A program made the translations under genes and the position numbers. This document shows positions 10,888 to 21,465 of a stretch of DNA of 64,000 nucleotides, piece after piece (position 1 is the first letter of the stretch; every line of letters begins with the position of its first letter). Origin of the DNA: an uncultured cyanobacterium (GTDB taxonomy: Bacteria; Cyanobacteriota; Cyanobacteriia; Cyanobacteriales; Nostocaceae); assembly GCA_963740315.1 (NCBI GenBank), contig CAVUDP010000002.1, forward strand, positions 448,001-512,000, given 5' to 3'. The notes beneath the pieces are model-generated. The model did not search any database. It saw nothing but the letters and a program-made list of their open reading frames with translations, and had not been told where the DNA came from.

Positions 10888-11703
10888 ATGACATTTAACT
10901 ATACGAAATGGGGCTTTATTGTTGGTACTGTTATTGCGCTAACTGGCATCGCAGCTAGTTTAACGAATCAAGAAATACGATGTGCTATTGGTTTAGATCG
11001 ATGTACAGTTCAAAATGAATTAGTAGACATTCTTATTAAAGAAGAAAACTTACAACCTTTGCAGGGCGTAGAAGTTTCTTTTGCATCTAAAGGAGCGCCT
11101 GAAGTTGTAGAAACTGATAGTAACGGTTACGCCCAAATCAAAATCCCTAGCAGAGGAGATATTAATGTTAACTTGCTTAAAGATGGTTATCAGCCTCAAA
11201 ACTTCACCATCAATTTGAAGAATAATAAGGAAAATACTAGAAGGTATACTTTAAAAAAATTAAATGATATAGTTTCTAGCTCTCCTCCCCAAGGAGATTC
11301 GCAAGAAAAGCCTTCAATTAATATAGAAAAGAAGCCTATAAAAACTTTTGAAAAGAATGGCTTCAAGATTGCATTTGAGGGTTGTTATCGAAAAGGGAAA
11401 GTGAATTGCAAGTTTTCGATTGTAAATCTAGAGAGCAAGAATAGAACATTCTTTTTATATTCTCAATCTAGAACTTTTGATTTTTCTGGAAATGAATACA
11501 ACGCTTTACAAGTTTGGGTATCGAATAATACTATAGATTCTGTATTTGGCAATTTTCCTGCTCAATCTTCACTTATACAAGGAGTTCCAGTCAAAGCAGG
11601 AGTAAATTTTGATTTACCCACAGAGTTAAATTCATTAGCAGTACTCGAAGTCAATTTTAATGACGGTATATTTCAGTTTCGCGATGTCAAAATTAACAGA
11701 TAG
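10888..11703 (+). CDS. Membrane-anchored hypothetical protein with carboxypeptidase-regulatory-like beta-sandwich
   Basis: N-terminal TM helix, a PLQGVEVS...ETDSNGYA...KDGYQP pattern, and a beta-rich C-terminal domain. Confidence 0.65.
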   Translation: MTFNYTKWGFIVGTVIALTGIAASLTNQEIRCAIGLDRCTVQNELVDILIKEENLQPLQGVEVSFASKGAPEVVETDSNGYAQIKIPSRGDINVNLLKDGYQPQNFTINLKNNKENTRRYTLKKLNDIVSSSPPQGDSQEKPSINIEKKPIKTFEKNGFKIAFEGCYRKGKVNCKFSIVNLESKNRTFFLYSQSRTFDFSGNEYNALQVWVSNNTIDSVFGNFPAQSSLIQGVPVKAGVNFDLPTELNSLAVLEVNFNDGIFQFRDVKINR

Positions 11704-11707
11704 TTAT

Positions 11708-11736
11708 GTAGAGACGTAGCAGTGCTACGTCTCTAT
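11708..11736. repeat. GTAG-type REP-like palindrome (GTAGAGACGT...ACGTCTCTAC family)
   Basis: GTAGAGACGTAGCAGTGCTACGTCTCTA. Relatives at ~11874-11900, ~47182-47211 and ~38181-38206. Confidence 0.8.
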
Positions 11737-11905
11737 AAGTTTCGGCAAAAACGAACTGATGATAATAAATGCAATTAACCACCAAGATATTAAATGACAA
11801 AATCTTGATTCCTATATTCTGGGTGCTGCTGATTTGATGTATAAGATTTTGTTAGTTGGGTATCTACAATTTGGGAGACGTAGCACTGCTACGTCTCTAC
11901 ATTAG

Positions 11906-14020
11906 TTATCCGACTTGGGCGGTGTAGGGACTTGTTAATTTATCCAATTGCTGTACTAGCAAGCTGAGGAATAATCCTACATCTGTGACTACACCAACTG
12001 ATTCTACGGAACCGCGATCGCTCAATTTTGTTACTACTGCTGGGTTGATATCTACGCAAACCATTTTTACTCCGGCAGGTGTCATGTTCCCTACTCCGAT
12101 GGAATGCAGCATGGTTGATAGCATTAATACCATATCGGCTCCCTTCAGTAGTTCTGCGTACTCTTCCTGTGCTTTAATTAAATCCATTTGGGTATCGGGT
12201 AAGGGACCGTCATCCCGAATGGAACCGGCGAGGGCAAAGGGTATGCTATTTCTAACGCATTCGTACATCACGCCTTTTTGAATCATTCCCGCCTGTACGG
12301 CTTTGGCAATGCTACCGTGACGGCGAACGCTGTTGATGGCTTTGAGGTGGTGCCGATGTCCCCCGCGTACCGAAACACCCCGCTTCATGTCTACGCCCAA
12401 GGATGTCCCCATCATTGATTGCTCGATGTCGTGAACGGCGATCGCGTTTCCACCTAATAGCGCCTGTACGTATCCTTCTCTTACCAATTGTGATAAATGC
12501 TCGCCGCCGCCGGTATGTATAACTACCGGACCTGCCGTCACGATAACTTTACCCCCGGCATCCCTAATTTTACGTAATTCCCAAGCAACTTGTTCCACAA
12601 TTAATTCTACGCGGCGTTCGCTGGAAACACCCGCAGACATAAAGCTGAATTCCTCGGTGTGGCGTTTTTCCCGCGATTCGGTTTTGCGGATGGTGCGGAT
12701 ACCTTGTACGTCTACAACTACTTTTTCTCCTGCTTCTAAGTCGCGCAGTATTTTACACCGGGCTGTAATTCCTGCGGGAGTTTCGGAAATTGCGATCGCG
12801 CCATCCATACGCTGCAAATCTACTTTTATCCATTCACCATTTATCCGCACTTCGGTAGGATATATAGTACTAACGTAAAAATCATCCGGCGCGACTCCGT
12901 TTTGAATTACGGGTTGAAGCTTAGCATCTTGCTCATCTTCTGGTAAATTCATCGCACCCAAATCAATTAAAAGGGATACAATGCTTTCCATAACTTCATG
13001 GGAAGGTGCGGAAACTTTCACCTCAGCAGCAGAAGTGCTTTGACGCTGTTCTCCCAAAAGGAAATTTTGTACTTTGAAGCTACCGCCATTATCTATAATT
13101 AAATCCAAGGCGCGGTTAATTAAGCCGGAATCGAGTAAATGTCCTTCCATGCGGACAACTTTAGTTTCTACGTAGGTGTTAGCGTGTAATTCTTCTCTTA
13201 CAGGTTCGTTTACTCGTAAAGTTAAGCATTTAGCCGCACCCCCGGCTTTGAGAAATTCGGTAAGCGGCGTTTCAATCGTTTCAAAACCAGCTTTCGCCAA
13301 ACGTTTTTTCAGCGCATCGGAAGCCTTATTCATCACCACAATGCTTTCTATATTCACCGCGTTACAAGCGAAATTTACCGCATCTGTTTCTTCGATGGCA
13401 ATGCGTTTTTCCGATGCGACTCGCATTTCAATCAAGCGGTTGGAATAAGCATCAAAAGCGCCGGGATAGTAAAGTAAATAGCCATTTGCTAAAGGACAAA
13501 AGCAGGTATCGAGATGATAGAAGCGATCGTCAATTAAACGTAAAGATAATACTTCAATATCCAACCATTTCGCCAGAAAAGGGTGAGAATCCAATTCCGA
13601 ACGAAAACCGTAACCAGCCCATAGCCAACGCCCTTCGCGATCTAAAAGTGCATCACCCGCACCTTCAAAAGGTAAATCTTTGGGTAATTCATAAACATTA
13701 AAGCCATTTTCTTCAAACCATGCTTTGAAATAAGGCTCCTCTTTTTGACGCTCTTTATGAAAAAAGCGACTCAATACCGCATTATCACCCAAAACCAAGC
13801 CAGCATTAGCGGTAAAAACCATATCGGGAACACCTTTATGTGGTTTTACCAAATCAACGATCGCATGTTCCTTAAGCACGTGATGTAATTTTTGCCACTG
13901 TTGCACCGCACGCTCTTGAGATGACTTATGAATATTCCCTTCCATCCAGGGATTAATCACATAGTCCACATCATAATATTCCGGGGCACACATCAAAAAG
14001 CGGATTTGAGAAGTTGTCAT
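11906..14020 (-). CDS. argZ: Bifunctional arginine dihydrolase/ornithine cyclodeaminase (ArgZ/AgrE, TIGR00300)
   Basis: 704 aa. N-terminal amidinotransferase-fold domain (INPWM, DMVFTAN, FEGAGD, YHLDTCF, GGAAKCL) plus a C-terminal LOR/SDH-like region. Confidence 0.92.
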   Translation of the reverse strand: MTTSQIRFLMCAPEYYDVDYVINPWMEGNIHKSSQERAVQQWQKLHHVLKEHAIVDLVKPHKGVPDMVFTANAGLVLGDNAVLSRFFHKERQKEEPYFKAWFEENGFNVYELPKDLPFEGAGDALLDREGRWLWAGYGFRSELDSHPFLAKWLDIEVLSLRLIDDRFYHLDTCFCPLANGYLLYYPGAFDAYSNRLIEMRVASEKRIAIEETDAVNFACNAVNIESIVVMNKASDALKKRLAKAGFETIETPLTEFLKAGGAAKCLTLRVNEPVREELHANTYVETKVVRMEGHLLDSGLINRALDLIIDNGGSFKVQNFLLGEQRQSTSAAEVKVSAPSHEVMESIVSLLIDLGAMNLPEDEQDAKLQPVIQNGVAPDDFYVSTIYPTEVRINGEWIKVDLQRMDGAIAISETPAGITARCKILRDLEAGEKVVVDVQGIRTIRKTESREKRHTEEFSFMSAGVSSERRVELIVEQVAWELRKIRDAGGKVIVTAGPVVIHTGGGEHLSQLVREGYVQALLGGNAIAVHDIEQSMMGTSLGVDMKRGVSVRGGHRHHLKAINSVRRHGSIAKAVQAGMIQKGVMYECVRNSIPFALAGSIRDDGPLPDTQMDLIKAQEEYAELLKGADMVLMLSTMLHSIGVGNMTPAGVKMVCVDINPAVVTKLSDRGSVESVGVVTDVGLFLSLLVQQLDKLTSPYTAQVG

Positions 14021-14079
14021 AAGTAAGTACCTTCGGAGGAGTCAACTTGTTTATTTTATTACTCTAAGCGAGTAAGCAG

Positions 14080-14307
14080 TGGATGGGGGGATGGGGGGAT
14101 GGGGAGATGGGGAGATGGGGAGATGGGGAGATAGGGAGATGGGGAGATGGGGGGATGGGGAGATGGGGAGATGGGGAGATAGGGGGATGGGGAGATGGGG
14201 AGATGGGGAGATGGGGAGATGGGGAGATGGGGAGATGGGGAGATAGGGGGATGGGGAGATGGGGAGATGGGGAGATAGGGGGATGGGGAGATGGGGAGAT
14301 GGGGAGA
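14080..14307. repeat. STRR tract (TGGGGAGA)n
   Basis: Long run of 8-mer repeats between divergent genes. Confidence 0.95.
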
Positions 14308-14472
14308 ATATTTCAAATAAACCTTTAACATGCAGACCTTTGACATGCAGACCTACTTCATTAGATATATTTCTAATTTTAAAATAGTATTATTGAAAGA
14401 CGAATTTAATAAAGTGATTGTTAATATACCACTATTGAACATAACTATTACTCAACTGGTAATATTAAAACG

Positions 14473-14988
14473 GTGACAAAGAATTTTAACCAAAGTTTTG
14501 ACCGTGGTCTACATAAAGTACTCAATCGGTTAAATACAACATTAGAACGAGATAATTTAATTATAGAAACAACTAACCGCCTGCGAAATACGCTTTGCGT
14601 GGATAGGGTAGTTTTATATTATTTTTATTCTCAGTGGGATGGACAAGTAACTTTTGAATGTTTGAGTTTATCAGAATTATCTATTCTTGGTTCTACTGGT
14701 CCGGATGAGTGTTTTAATAATGAGTACGCTGCTTTATATCTGGAAGGAAGAGTACGGGCAATTTCGGATATTGAATCTGAACCTATTGCTGATTGTCACC
14801 GCGATTTTTTACGTAATTTAGGCGTTCGCGCTAATTTAGTTGTACCTATTTTAACTAAGAAAGGGTTATGGGGTTTGCTAATAGCTCATCATTGCCAAGC
14901 ACCTCGTGTATGGACTCCATCAGATGTTCAAATGATGCAGGCTGACGCTGAAAATTTATCTCAGGCTGCTTCTATTCGTGACTCTTAG
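14473..14988 (+). CDS. Stand-alone GAF-domain protein, cyanobacteriochrome-like (DXCF type)
   Basis: DRVVLY, DECF, DCH, VRANLVVPI and LWGLLIAHHC motifs. Confidence 0.8.
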   Translation: MTKNFNQSFDRGLHKVLNRLNTTLERDNLIIETTNRLRNTLCVDRVVLYYFYSQWDGQVTFECLSLSELSILGSTGPDECFNNEYAALYLEGRVRAISDIESEPIADCHRDFLRNLGVRANLVVPILTKKGLWGLLIAHHCQAPRVWTPSDVQMMQADAENLSQAASIRDS

Positions 14989-15335
14989 ATGTTTGGGCAT
15001 GGGGCATGGGGCTACCTCCCACCTCCGGTGAATGGGCATGGGGCATGGGTAACAGTGAAAAGAAGTAATCTAAAATGCCTGAAACATTATATTTCCCCTT
15101 ATCGCTGCGTAAGTCTTATTCAAATATTTTGTATAACTTATTATTAATTATTTTCAATGCCCTATTACCTATTCCCTATTGCCTATTTTATATAACTTAG
15201 TTGAAAAATTAAAGATTATACCAATTACTGAGAGTAAAGAGATACGGCACTACAAAAAACATACATACAAAATGTTAACTTGGGAAATTGTAACTTAGTT
15301 ACTTTGACCCAGTTTTTTTTAGGAAATATTACTCA

Positions 15336-16262
15336 ATGCCCTATCTTAATTCAGCATCGGAAATAAGTTCTCTTGTTGCTAAATATACTAAAAGTAAAAC
15401 TATTTGGTTAGATACGGAAATTGCCGATTATGATACTCGCAATCCTCGACTATCGCTGATTCAAGTTTTGGATGACTGTACGGATTTAACTGGAGAAAGT
15501 GTTTATATTTTGGATGTTCTGGAACAACCAGATGTTGTTGATGAATTTATAGAAAAAATCATGATAAATTCATCAATAGAAAAGGTATTTCATAATGCTA
15601 AATTTGATTTAAGGTTTTTAGGCAAAAAGAAAGCTAAAAATGTTACTTGCACTTTAGAAATGGCGAAACAAGTACCATACTATATTTTACCTTTGCCTAA
15701 CTATAAACTGAAGACTTTGGCAACGTCACTTTGTAATTTTCAAGATATTGATAAGCAGCAACAAACCAGCGATTGGGGAATTAGACCATTAACTGAAGAA
15801 CAAATTGAATATGCTTATCTTGACTGCATTATTTTGGCTCAAGTTCATTTACGTTTATTAGAAATAACTCAAAAGATAAACTTTGATGCTGCTACAGTTG
15901 ATTTAAGTTTACTTAGTGCAAAATATGTTGAATTGGAACAGCAGTGGAAGTTGTTAAAATCGGAGTTTGAGCAACTGCAAGAGCAAGTTAAACAAGCAAT
16001 GATCGCTCAAAATGTATCTGAAACCCCGTATTTTAAACTTAATAGCTACGAACGTACAACAACTAAAGTGCCATTTTCCGAACTGGTACGGTTGGTAGAA
16101 ACCCAAAATGTAAATTTAGATTTTGATATTACCCTGACAAAGGATATTCAAAAGAATTTAGGTGATAATATCGAGCAACTTGCTGTAGATATATCGAAAA
16201 CGAACACTTGGCGATTAACTTCTAAGCAAACCGATAGTGATATTGAAGAATCAGCATATTAA
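15336..16262 (+). CDS. Ribonuclease D-like 3'-5' exonuclease (DEDDy) with C-terminal extension
   Basis: LDTE, FHNAKFDL and SDWGIRPLTEEQIEYAYLD motifs. Confidence 0.85.
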   Translation: MPYLNSASEISSLVAKYTKSKTIWLDTEIADYDTRNPRLSLIQVLDDCTDLTGESVYILDVLEQPDVVDEFIEKIMINSSIEKVFHNAKFDLRFLGKKKAKNVTCTLEMAKQVPYYILPLPNYKLKTLATSLCNFQDIDKQQQTSDWGIRPLTEEQIEYAYLDCIILAQVHLRLLEITQKINFDAATVDLSLLSAKYVELEQQWKLLKSEFEQLQEQVKQAMIAQNVSETPYFKLNSYERTTTKVPFSELVRLVETQNVNLDFDITLTKDIQKNLGDNIEQLAVDISKTNTWRLTSKQTDSDIEESAY

Positions 16263-16478
16263 GCATGAAACGAATGCTTAAAAAATGTCAGTTTGTTTAC
16301 TGGTTTAGCTGTAGTATCGAGGTAAAAAATAAAAGGTAAAATGTAAACAAATTTGCCACAAAAATCGTGCAAAAATAGTCACTATAGCTAAAAGGAGTCA
16401 ATTTTAGAAAAAGTTAAGAAAAATGAATTTTTTATATATAAATGTCAAAGTTGTGGGTGTGTTGATAAAAAGTGACTT

Positions 16479-17315
16479 ATGAAACAGTGGTTGTTCGAGC
16501 AAAATTTGACAGGAGTTTCCAAAATTAGTGTAGCCTTGTTGAGTGGATTTATGGCAACTGTAACTGTTTCTTGCAGCAACGATAAAGACTTATTAGTTAC
16601 AGAAATAGGAGTAAGTCCCGCATTAAATCCGGTTGCCAATCCATCGACTGCTAAGGAATTTTACGCACAGGGACAGTATAAGCATATTCAGGGTGATACC
16701 CAGGGTGCGATCGCAGCTTATACACAAGCCATTACACTCGATCCCAACTACGTTGCAGCTTTGAACGGCAGAGGTTTAGTACAGTTTGACACCGGAGACA
16801 GACAAGGTGCGATCGCCGATTACAATGAAGCGCTTCGTATCAGCCCCGACAATGCTCAAGCGTATAACAATCGGGGAAATGCACGCGCCGCCCAAGGTGA
16901 TGCAAAGGGTGCAATTAACGATTACAACCAAGCCATAACTTTAGATGCCGATTATGCCGAAGCGTATAATAATCGTGGAAACGCTCGCGCCGCAGAAGGA
17001 GATAGAAACGAGGCTATAGCAGATTACACCCAAGCCATTAACCTCAAATCTAACTATGCCGTTGCTTACAATAATCGGGGAAACGCTCGTGCCGCTCAAG
17101 GAGACAAAGAAGGTGCGATCGCAGATTACAACGAAGCCATTCGCCTCAATCCCAACTTTGGTGCAGCTTATAATAACCGGGGAAATGCTCGTGTAGAATT
17201 AGGAGATAAAGATGCTGGTTTAGCAGACTTGCAGCGAGCAGCAGAAATTTTTCAAGAACAAAATAACCAGCAGCTATACAAGCAGGTTATGGAAAATGTA
17301 AAGGAAAGTCAGTAA
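16479..17315 (+). CDS. Tetratricopeptide repeat protein
   Basis: Repeated AYNNRGNAR...AIADY 34-aa units after a hydrophobic N-terminus. Confidence 0.92.
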   Translation: MKQWLFEQNLTGVSKISVALLSGFMATVTVSCSNDKDLLVTEIGVSPALNPVANPSTAKEFYAQGQYKHIQGDTQGAIAAYTQAITLDPNYVAALNGRGLVQFDTGDRQGAIADYNEALRISPDNAQAYNNRGNARAAQGDAKGAINDYNQAITLDADYAEAYNNRGNARAAEGDRNEAIADYTQAINLKSNYAVAYNNRGNARAAQGDKEGAIADYNEAIRLNPNFGAAYNNRGNARVELGDKDAGLADLQRAAEIFQEQNNQQLYKQVMENVKESQ

Positions 17316-17421
17316 AATCAATTATCGGCGATCGATTAAGTAAGTCGGCGTGAATAAATATAATTGACTTATAAAAGGCGATTCGCGGCTTTGTTGCGAT
17401 CGCGATCGTAATTGTTAGTCA

Positions 17422-17576
17422 CTAGTACGGAGCCACATTAATTTTGACAGGTTTGTAGTAAGGGCTTAAGCCCTAAATCAGGTTTGTAGTAAGGGCTTAA
17501 GCCCCAAATCCGGAGGCGAGTACAGCGCTTACTACGAACCTTTTTACCCCTCAGAATTAATGTGGCTCCGTACTAG
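17422..17576. mobile_element. MITE-like element with perfect 22-bp terminal inverted repeats ending in CTAG
   Basis: CTAGTACGGAGCCACATTAATT ... AATTAATGTGGCTCCGTACTAG. The interior has a duplicated GTTTGTAGTAAGGGCTTAAGCCC REP-like unit. Confidence 0.85.
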
Positions 17577-17709
17577 GGAAACAATTGATAATTGTTCATT
17601 GATAATTGATAATTGATACAAAGTATAGAGAAAACTTGATAATCGATCGCTCTGGGATATATAACAAGTCTGTAATTGCAAAACCCTGCCGTTTTCACTT
17701 CTCAATACC

Positions 17710-17901
17710 ATGACTCAAACTACCGTTCATTTAGTTGTTGGCATTGAAAAACTGACATTATTGGTTTATTACACCGAAGCAATGGAATGGCAATTTAGAA
17801 TCATAAGTTCTGGTGGAGAAGTGTTTGGTGAAAGGAAATTATACTATACACCCGAAGCAGCGGAAAAAGCAGCGCGTGAGTGGCTTTCGTGGGGAGATTG
17901 A
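17710..17901 (+). CDS. Small hypothetical protein (63 aa)
   Basis: ATG start, protein-like composition, fills the intergenic space. Confidence 0.6.
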   Translation: MTQTTVHLVVGIEKLTLLVYYTEAMEWQFRIISSGGEVFGERKLYYTPEAAEKAAREWLSWGD

Positions 17902-17929
17902 AGGGAAATTAGTAAATTAAAATTAGAAT

Positions 17930-19906
17930 TTATTCATATCGCCAAACTTTAATAGTTTTATCGTCGCTACCGCTAAATAAAGTTCGCCCATCGGGACTAA
18001 AAGCAAGGGAATTAACTTTAGCTGAATGTCCGGTTAAAGTAGATATTTCCTGCTTTGTATTCATATCCCATAACTTGATATCATTGTTGTCGCTACTACT
18101 AGCAAGAATCTTTCCGTCTGGACTAAAAGTAACGTAGCTAACGCCACTGCTATAACCTTCAAGGGAATAAATTTCTTGTCCGGTACTTACTTCCCAAAAC
18201 CTTACAGTTCGGTCGTTGTTACCAGTGGCAATAGTTTTTCCATCAAGGCTAAAAGCTACAGAATTAACTTTAGAAGAAGTACGAAGAGTATTAACTATTT
18301 TACCCGTAGTTAATTCCCAAATTATGGCTCTTGTGTCAGCACTACCGCTAACAATAAATTTACCATCTGGGTCAATCGCAACACTGCTCACCCATCTATC
18401 ATGACCTATGAGAGTATGAATTTTCAAACCCGTATTTACGTTCCACAACCTTACTGTTTTATCGCTACCAGCACTAGCAATCATTCGACCATCTGAGCTA
18501 AAACTTAAGGAACTAACTCCAGCAAATAAACCTGTATGTCCTTTAATAAAGTGAATTTGTTTACCCGAATTTACATCCCAAAGTAGAATATTGTTTGCGG
18601 AATCACCGCTGGCAATAATCAACCCATTTGGACTAAAAGCAACAGCATTAATCGGGTAGTCACTGCAATGAGTCCGAATTAATTTACCAGTCTTGATGTT
18701 CCATAGTTTTGTCGCACAGTAATCGCTGCTACTAGCAAGAATCACTCCATCTGAGCTAATATCAATAGAATTTATAGCAGCGGCATGGTGATGCAGCGTG
18801 TTAATACATTTCCAACCAGAATCTGATTTTTTAAGAGTAGAAGAATTTTGTATTTTTTCAGTATTCGTATAATTAAAATCTTGCTTATTATCAACAGCAA
18901 ATTCTGGTAAATAGTTACTTTTTCTATTAATTTTAAATGCCAACTGGTTATTTTGAGGCTGGTTATTTAGAAAATTATTAATTCTCAACTGTTTATCTTC
19001 AATTTGGTTATTGTTAGAAGAATATGTTTTTGGAGGATTAATATCTTTTAATATTTCAGTTGCGGATTGATAGCGGCGACTGGTGGCATTTTCAATAAGT
19101 TTATCTAAAATATTACCAAGTCGATCGCCAACTTGATTATTAACTAAATATTGTCGCCATACCCAGGTATATTCGGAAATATCAAATAAATCAAAAGGAG
19201 AAATTCCTGTTAATAAATAAATACAGGTTGTTCCCAAACTATATAAATCGCTGCTGTAAATAGCTTTACCTCTCGATTGTTCCGGTGCAACAAATTCCGG
19301 TGTACCGATACTAGTTCCCGTTTGTAATATTGCGGTTCCCGTAACAACTTTAGCGGCTCCAAAATCTACTAAAAATAATTGTCCGTTTTTGCTACGAATA
19401 ATATTTTCTGGTTTAATATCTCGATGAATAACGTCTTGATTATGAATATATTCGAGTACGGGTAATAAACTATTTAATAACTCCCATATTTGTGCTTCTT
19501 TAAAAGTGCCTTGTTCTTTTAATATCTCTGCTAAATCATAGCCATCAATATATTCTTGGACTAAATACTGATGTTCTTCTTGAGTTAGATAGTCTAATAA
19601 ATTGGGTATTTGATTGTGTTTGCCTAAATTATTCAGTCTTAAAGCTTCCTGCTTAAATAATTCAGCAGCTTTTTCGGTGTTATTAGTACCTTGAGCCATT
19701 AAAAGAAACTGCTTAATAACGCAGGGTGGTTTCAAAGGTTTGGTTTCATCTACAGCCAATAAAGTTCTACCAAAGCCACCTTGCCCAATTGATTTGATAG
19801 CCCGATAGCGTTGTTTTAATAGCAGTGCAGTACCGCAAATCACGCAAGATTGAGCATTCTTTTGATTTTGGGGTTTCTGACAATGGGGATTTAGACAATA
19901 ACTCAT
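17930..19906 (-). CDS. Ser/Thr protein kinase with N-terminal 4-Cys motif and C-terminal WD40 repeats
   Basis: CLNPHC..CVICG, GQGGFG, HRDIKPEN, DFG, and several GH..V...WD-type repeats. Confidence 0.93.
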   Translation of the reverse strand: MSYCLNPHCQKPQNQKNAQSCVICGTALLLKQRYRAIKSIGQGGFGRTLLAVDETKPLKPPCVIKQFLLMAQGTNNTEKAAELFKQEALRLNNLGKHNQIPNLLDYLTQEEHQYLVQEYIDGYDLAEILKEQGTFKEAQIWELLNSLLPVLEYIHNQDVIHRDIKPENIIRSKNGQLFLVDFGAAKVVTGTAILQTGTSIGTPEFVAPEQSRGKAIYSSDLYSLGTTCIYLLTGISPFDLFDISEYTWVWRQYLVNNQVGDRLGNILDKLIENATSRRYQSATEILKDINPPKTYSSNNNQIEDKQLRINNFLNNQPQNNQLAFKINRKSNYLPEFAVDNKQDFNYTNTEKIQNSSTLKKSDSGWKCINTLHHHAAAINSIDISSDGVILASSSDYCATKLWNIKTGKLIRTHCSDYPINAVAFSPNGLIIASGDSANNILLWDVNSGKQIHFIKGHTGLFAGVSSLSFSSDGRMIASAGSDKTVRLWNVNTGLKIHTLIGHDRWVSSVAIDPDGKFIVSGSADTRAIIWELTTGKIVNTLRTSSKVNSVAFSLDGKTIATGNNDRTVRFWEVSTGQEIYSLEGYSSGVSYVTFSPDGKILASSSDNNDIKLWDMNTKQEISTLTGHSAKVNSLAFSPDGRTLFSGSDDKTIKVWRYE

Positions 19907-20122
19907 ACTGAGAAGCTAGGTAAAATATACACTAAGTATTCCCTGGATTGCGCGATTGCTAACAAAGGGATGGGGAGAGGGGGAGATGCGGGGATGGGGA
20001 GACAAGGGGAGAAGGAGATAAAAAGAATTTTAACCTTTAACCTTAATTACTCCTCACTCCTAACTCCATCTTATTAGGTATAAAGTAGGTGTGAATAATC
20101 ATGATCTTGAGGCACAATTCGT

Positions 20123-20599
20123 ATGACATCTTACCAAACCGATTCGGAAAGCGAGGAAACAATGAACGATGTGATCACAGAAACGGAAACCATCAACCAT
20201 GTAGAGGTAATTGAAAACGTTATCGATACGCTGGAAGAAAACGATAGCGCAATGGTTAGTCACCCGAATGACGGTACTTATCTATGGAAATTTAAGTACG
20301 GTAGCGTGGAAGTGTTTGTCCGATTGACGGGTACAACTGATGAAGATATAATCACAATTTGGTCTTCTGTATTAAAGTTACCCGCAAAAGACGAAGCTAC
20401 AATGATGCGGCATATTTTGCAGATGAACTGTTCGGGTACTTTGGAATCGCGTTTCGGTATTATAGATAACCAAGTTGTGGTGATTACAACACGTACTTTG
20501 GAAGATTTATCTGCTGCGGAAGTTTCTCGTTTAATTACCATCGTCGCGACGATCGCCGATGATAATGACGAAGATTTACAAGCAAAGTTTGGCAACTAA
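20123..20599 (+). CDS. YbjN/CesT-like chaperone-fold protein
   Basis: WKFKYGSVEVFV...IADDND pattern, a conserved cyanobacterial family. Confidence 0.75.
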   Translation: MTSYQTDSESEETMNDVITETETINHVEVIENVIDTLEENDSAMVSHPNDGTYLWKFKYGSVEVFVRLTGTTDEDIITIWSSVLKLPAKDEATMMRHILQMNCSGTLESRFGIIDNQVVVITTRTLEDLSAAEVSRLITIVATIADDNDEDLQAKFGN

Positions 20600-20742
20600 C
20601 AGTGACCAGTGACCAGTGACCAGTAAACAGTGACCAGTTATCAGTTTTTAGGTAACTGGTTGCTTTTGTAAATAATGGTGATACAAATATTAATGGTTTG
20701 TAATGCTAATTTATCTATCAACTACCAACTAACTACTAAATT

Positions 20743-21459
20743 TTGATTTCTCAAACTTGGCGATTAATTCCGTTTTTGGAAGCGAATGGTGAATTACAGA
20801 TGGCGATCGATGAATGGTTGTTAAAACAGCATCAATCGGGACATTCGCCTATTTTGCGTTTTTATACTTGGTCGCCTTCGGCAATTTCTCTTGGTTATCA
20901 TCAGCGCAAGTATCCAGAAGATTGGCAAAATTTAATTTGGGAAAACGAGCAAATAGACTTAGTACGCCGTCCGACTGGGGGACGTGCGGTGTTGCATCAT
21001 GGTGACTTAACTTACGCTGTGGTGGCTTCTGGGTTTTCTAATAGTAGGATGGAAGCGTATAAAAAGATATGCGAGTTTTTGATTCAAGGATGGCGTAATT
21101 TAGGTATTGAGTTGAATTACGGTACTGCTGGCAGGGGTTATATCAACAATCCTAACTGTTTTGGTACGGCGACGGGTGCGGATTTGGTAACTGTTGATGG
21201 TAATAAGTTGATTGGTAGCGCTCAATTAAGACGTGGTGATGCAATTTTGCAACATGGCTCGATGCGGTTGAAACCGGATAAGGAATTATTTAAAAAGGTT
21301 TTTGGTGAAGAGTTATTTGATGGGGTAGTGGTTGAAAAAGATTTGGAAATTGAAAAAATAATTACTGTTTTAGTTGATGCTGCTAGAGATTGTTTTGGAG
21401 TAGAGTTTGAGGAAAGAGGTTTCAGTGATGATGAGTGGGAAGAGATTTTGAGAATTTAG
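20743..21459 (+). CDS. Lipoate-protein ligase A family protein
   Basis: MAIDEWL, LRFYTW, VRRPTGGRAVLH, KLIGSAQ, LQHGS. Confidence 0.9.
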   Translation: MISQTWRLIPFLEANGELQMAIDEWLLKQHQSGHSPILRFYTWSPSAISLGYHQRKYPEDWQNLIWENEQIDLVRRPTGGRAVLHHGDLTYAVVASGFSNSRMEAYKKICEFLIQGWRNLGIELNYGTAGRGYINNPNCFGTATGADLVTVDGNKLIGSAQLRRGDAILQHGSMRLKPDKELFKKVFGEELFDGVVVEKDLEIEKIITVLVDAARDCFGVEFEERGFSDDEWEEILRI

Positions 21460-21465
21460 CTAGAA

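Noticed and set aside
14059..14346. ORFs on both strands (PISPSPHL / GRWGDGEM repeats)
   Set aside because: Artefacts of the (TGGGGAGA)n tract.
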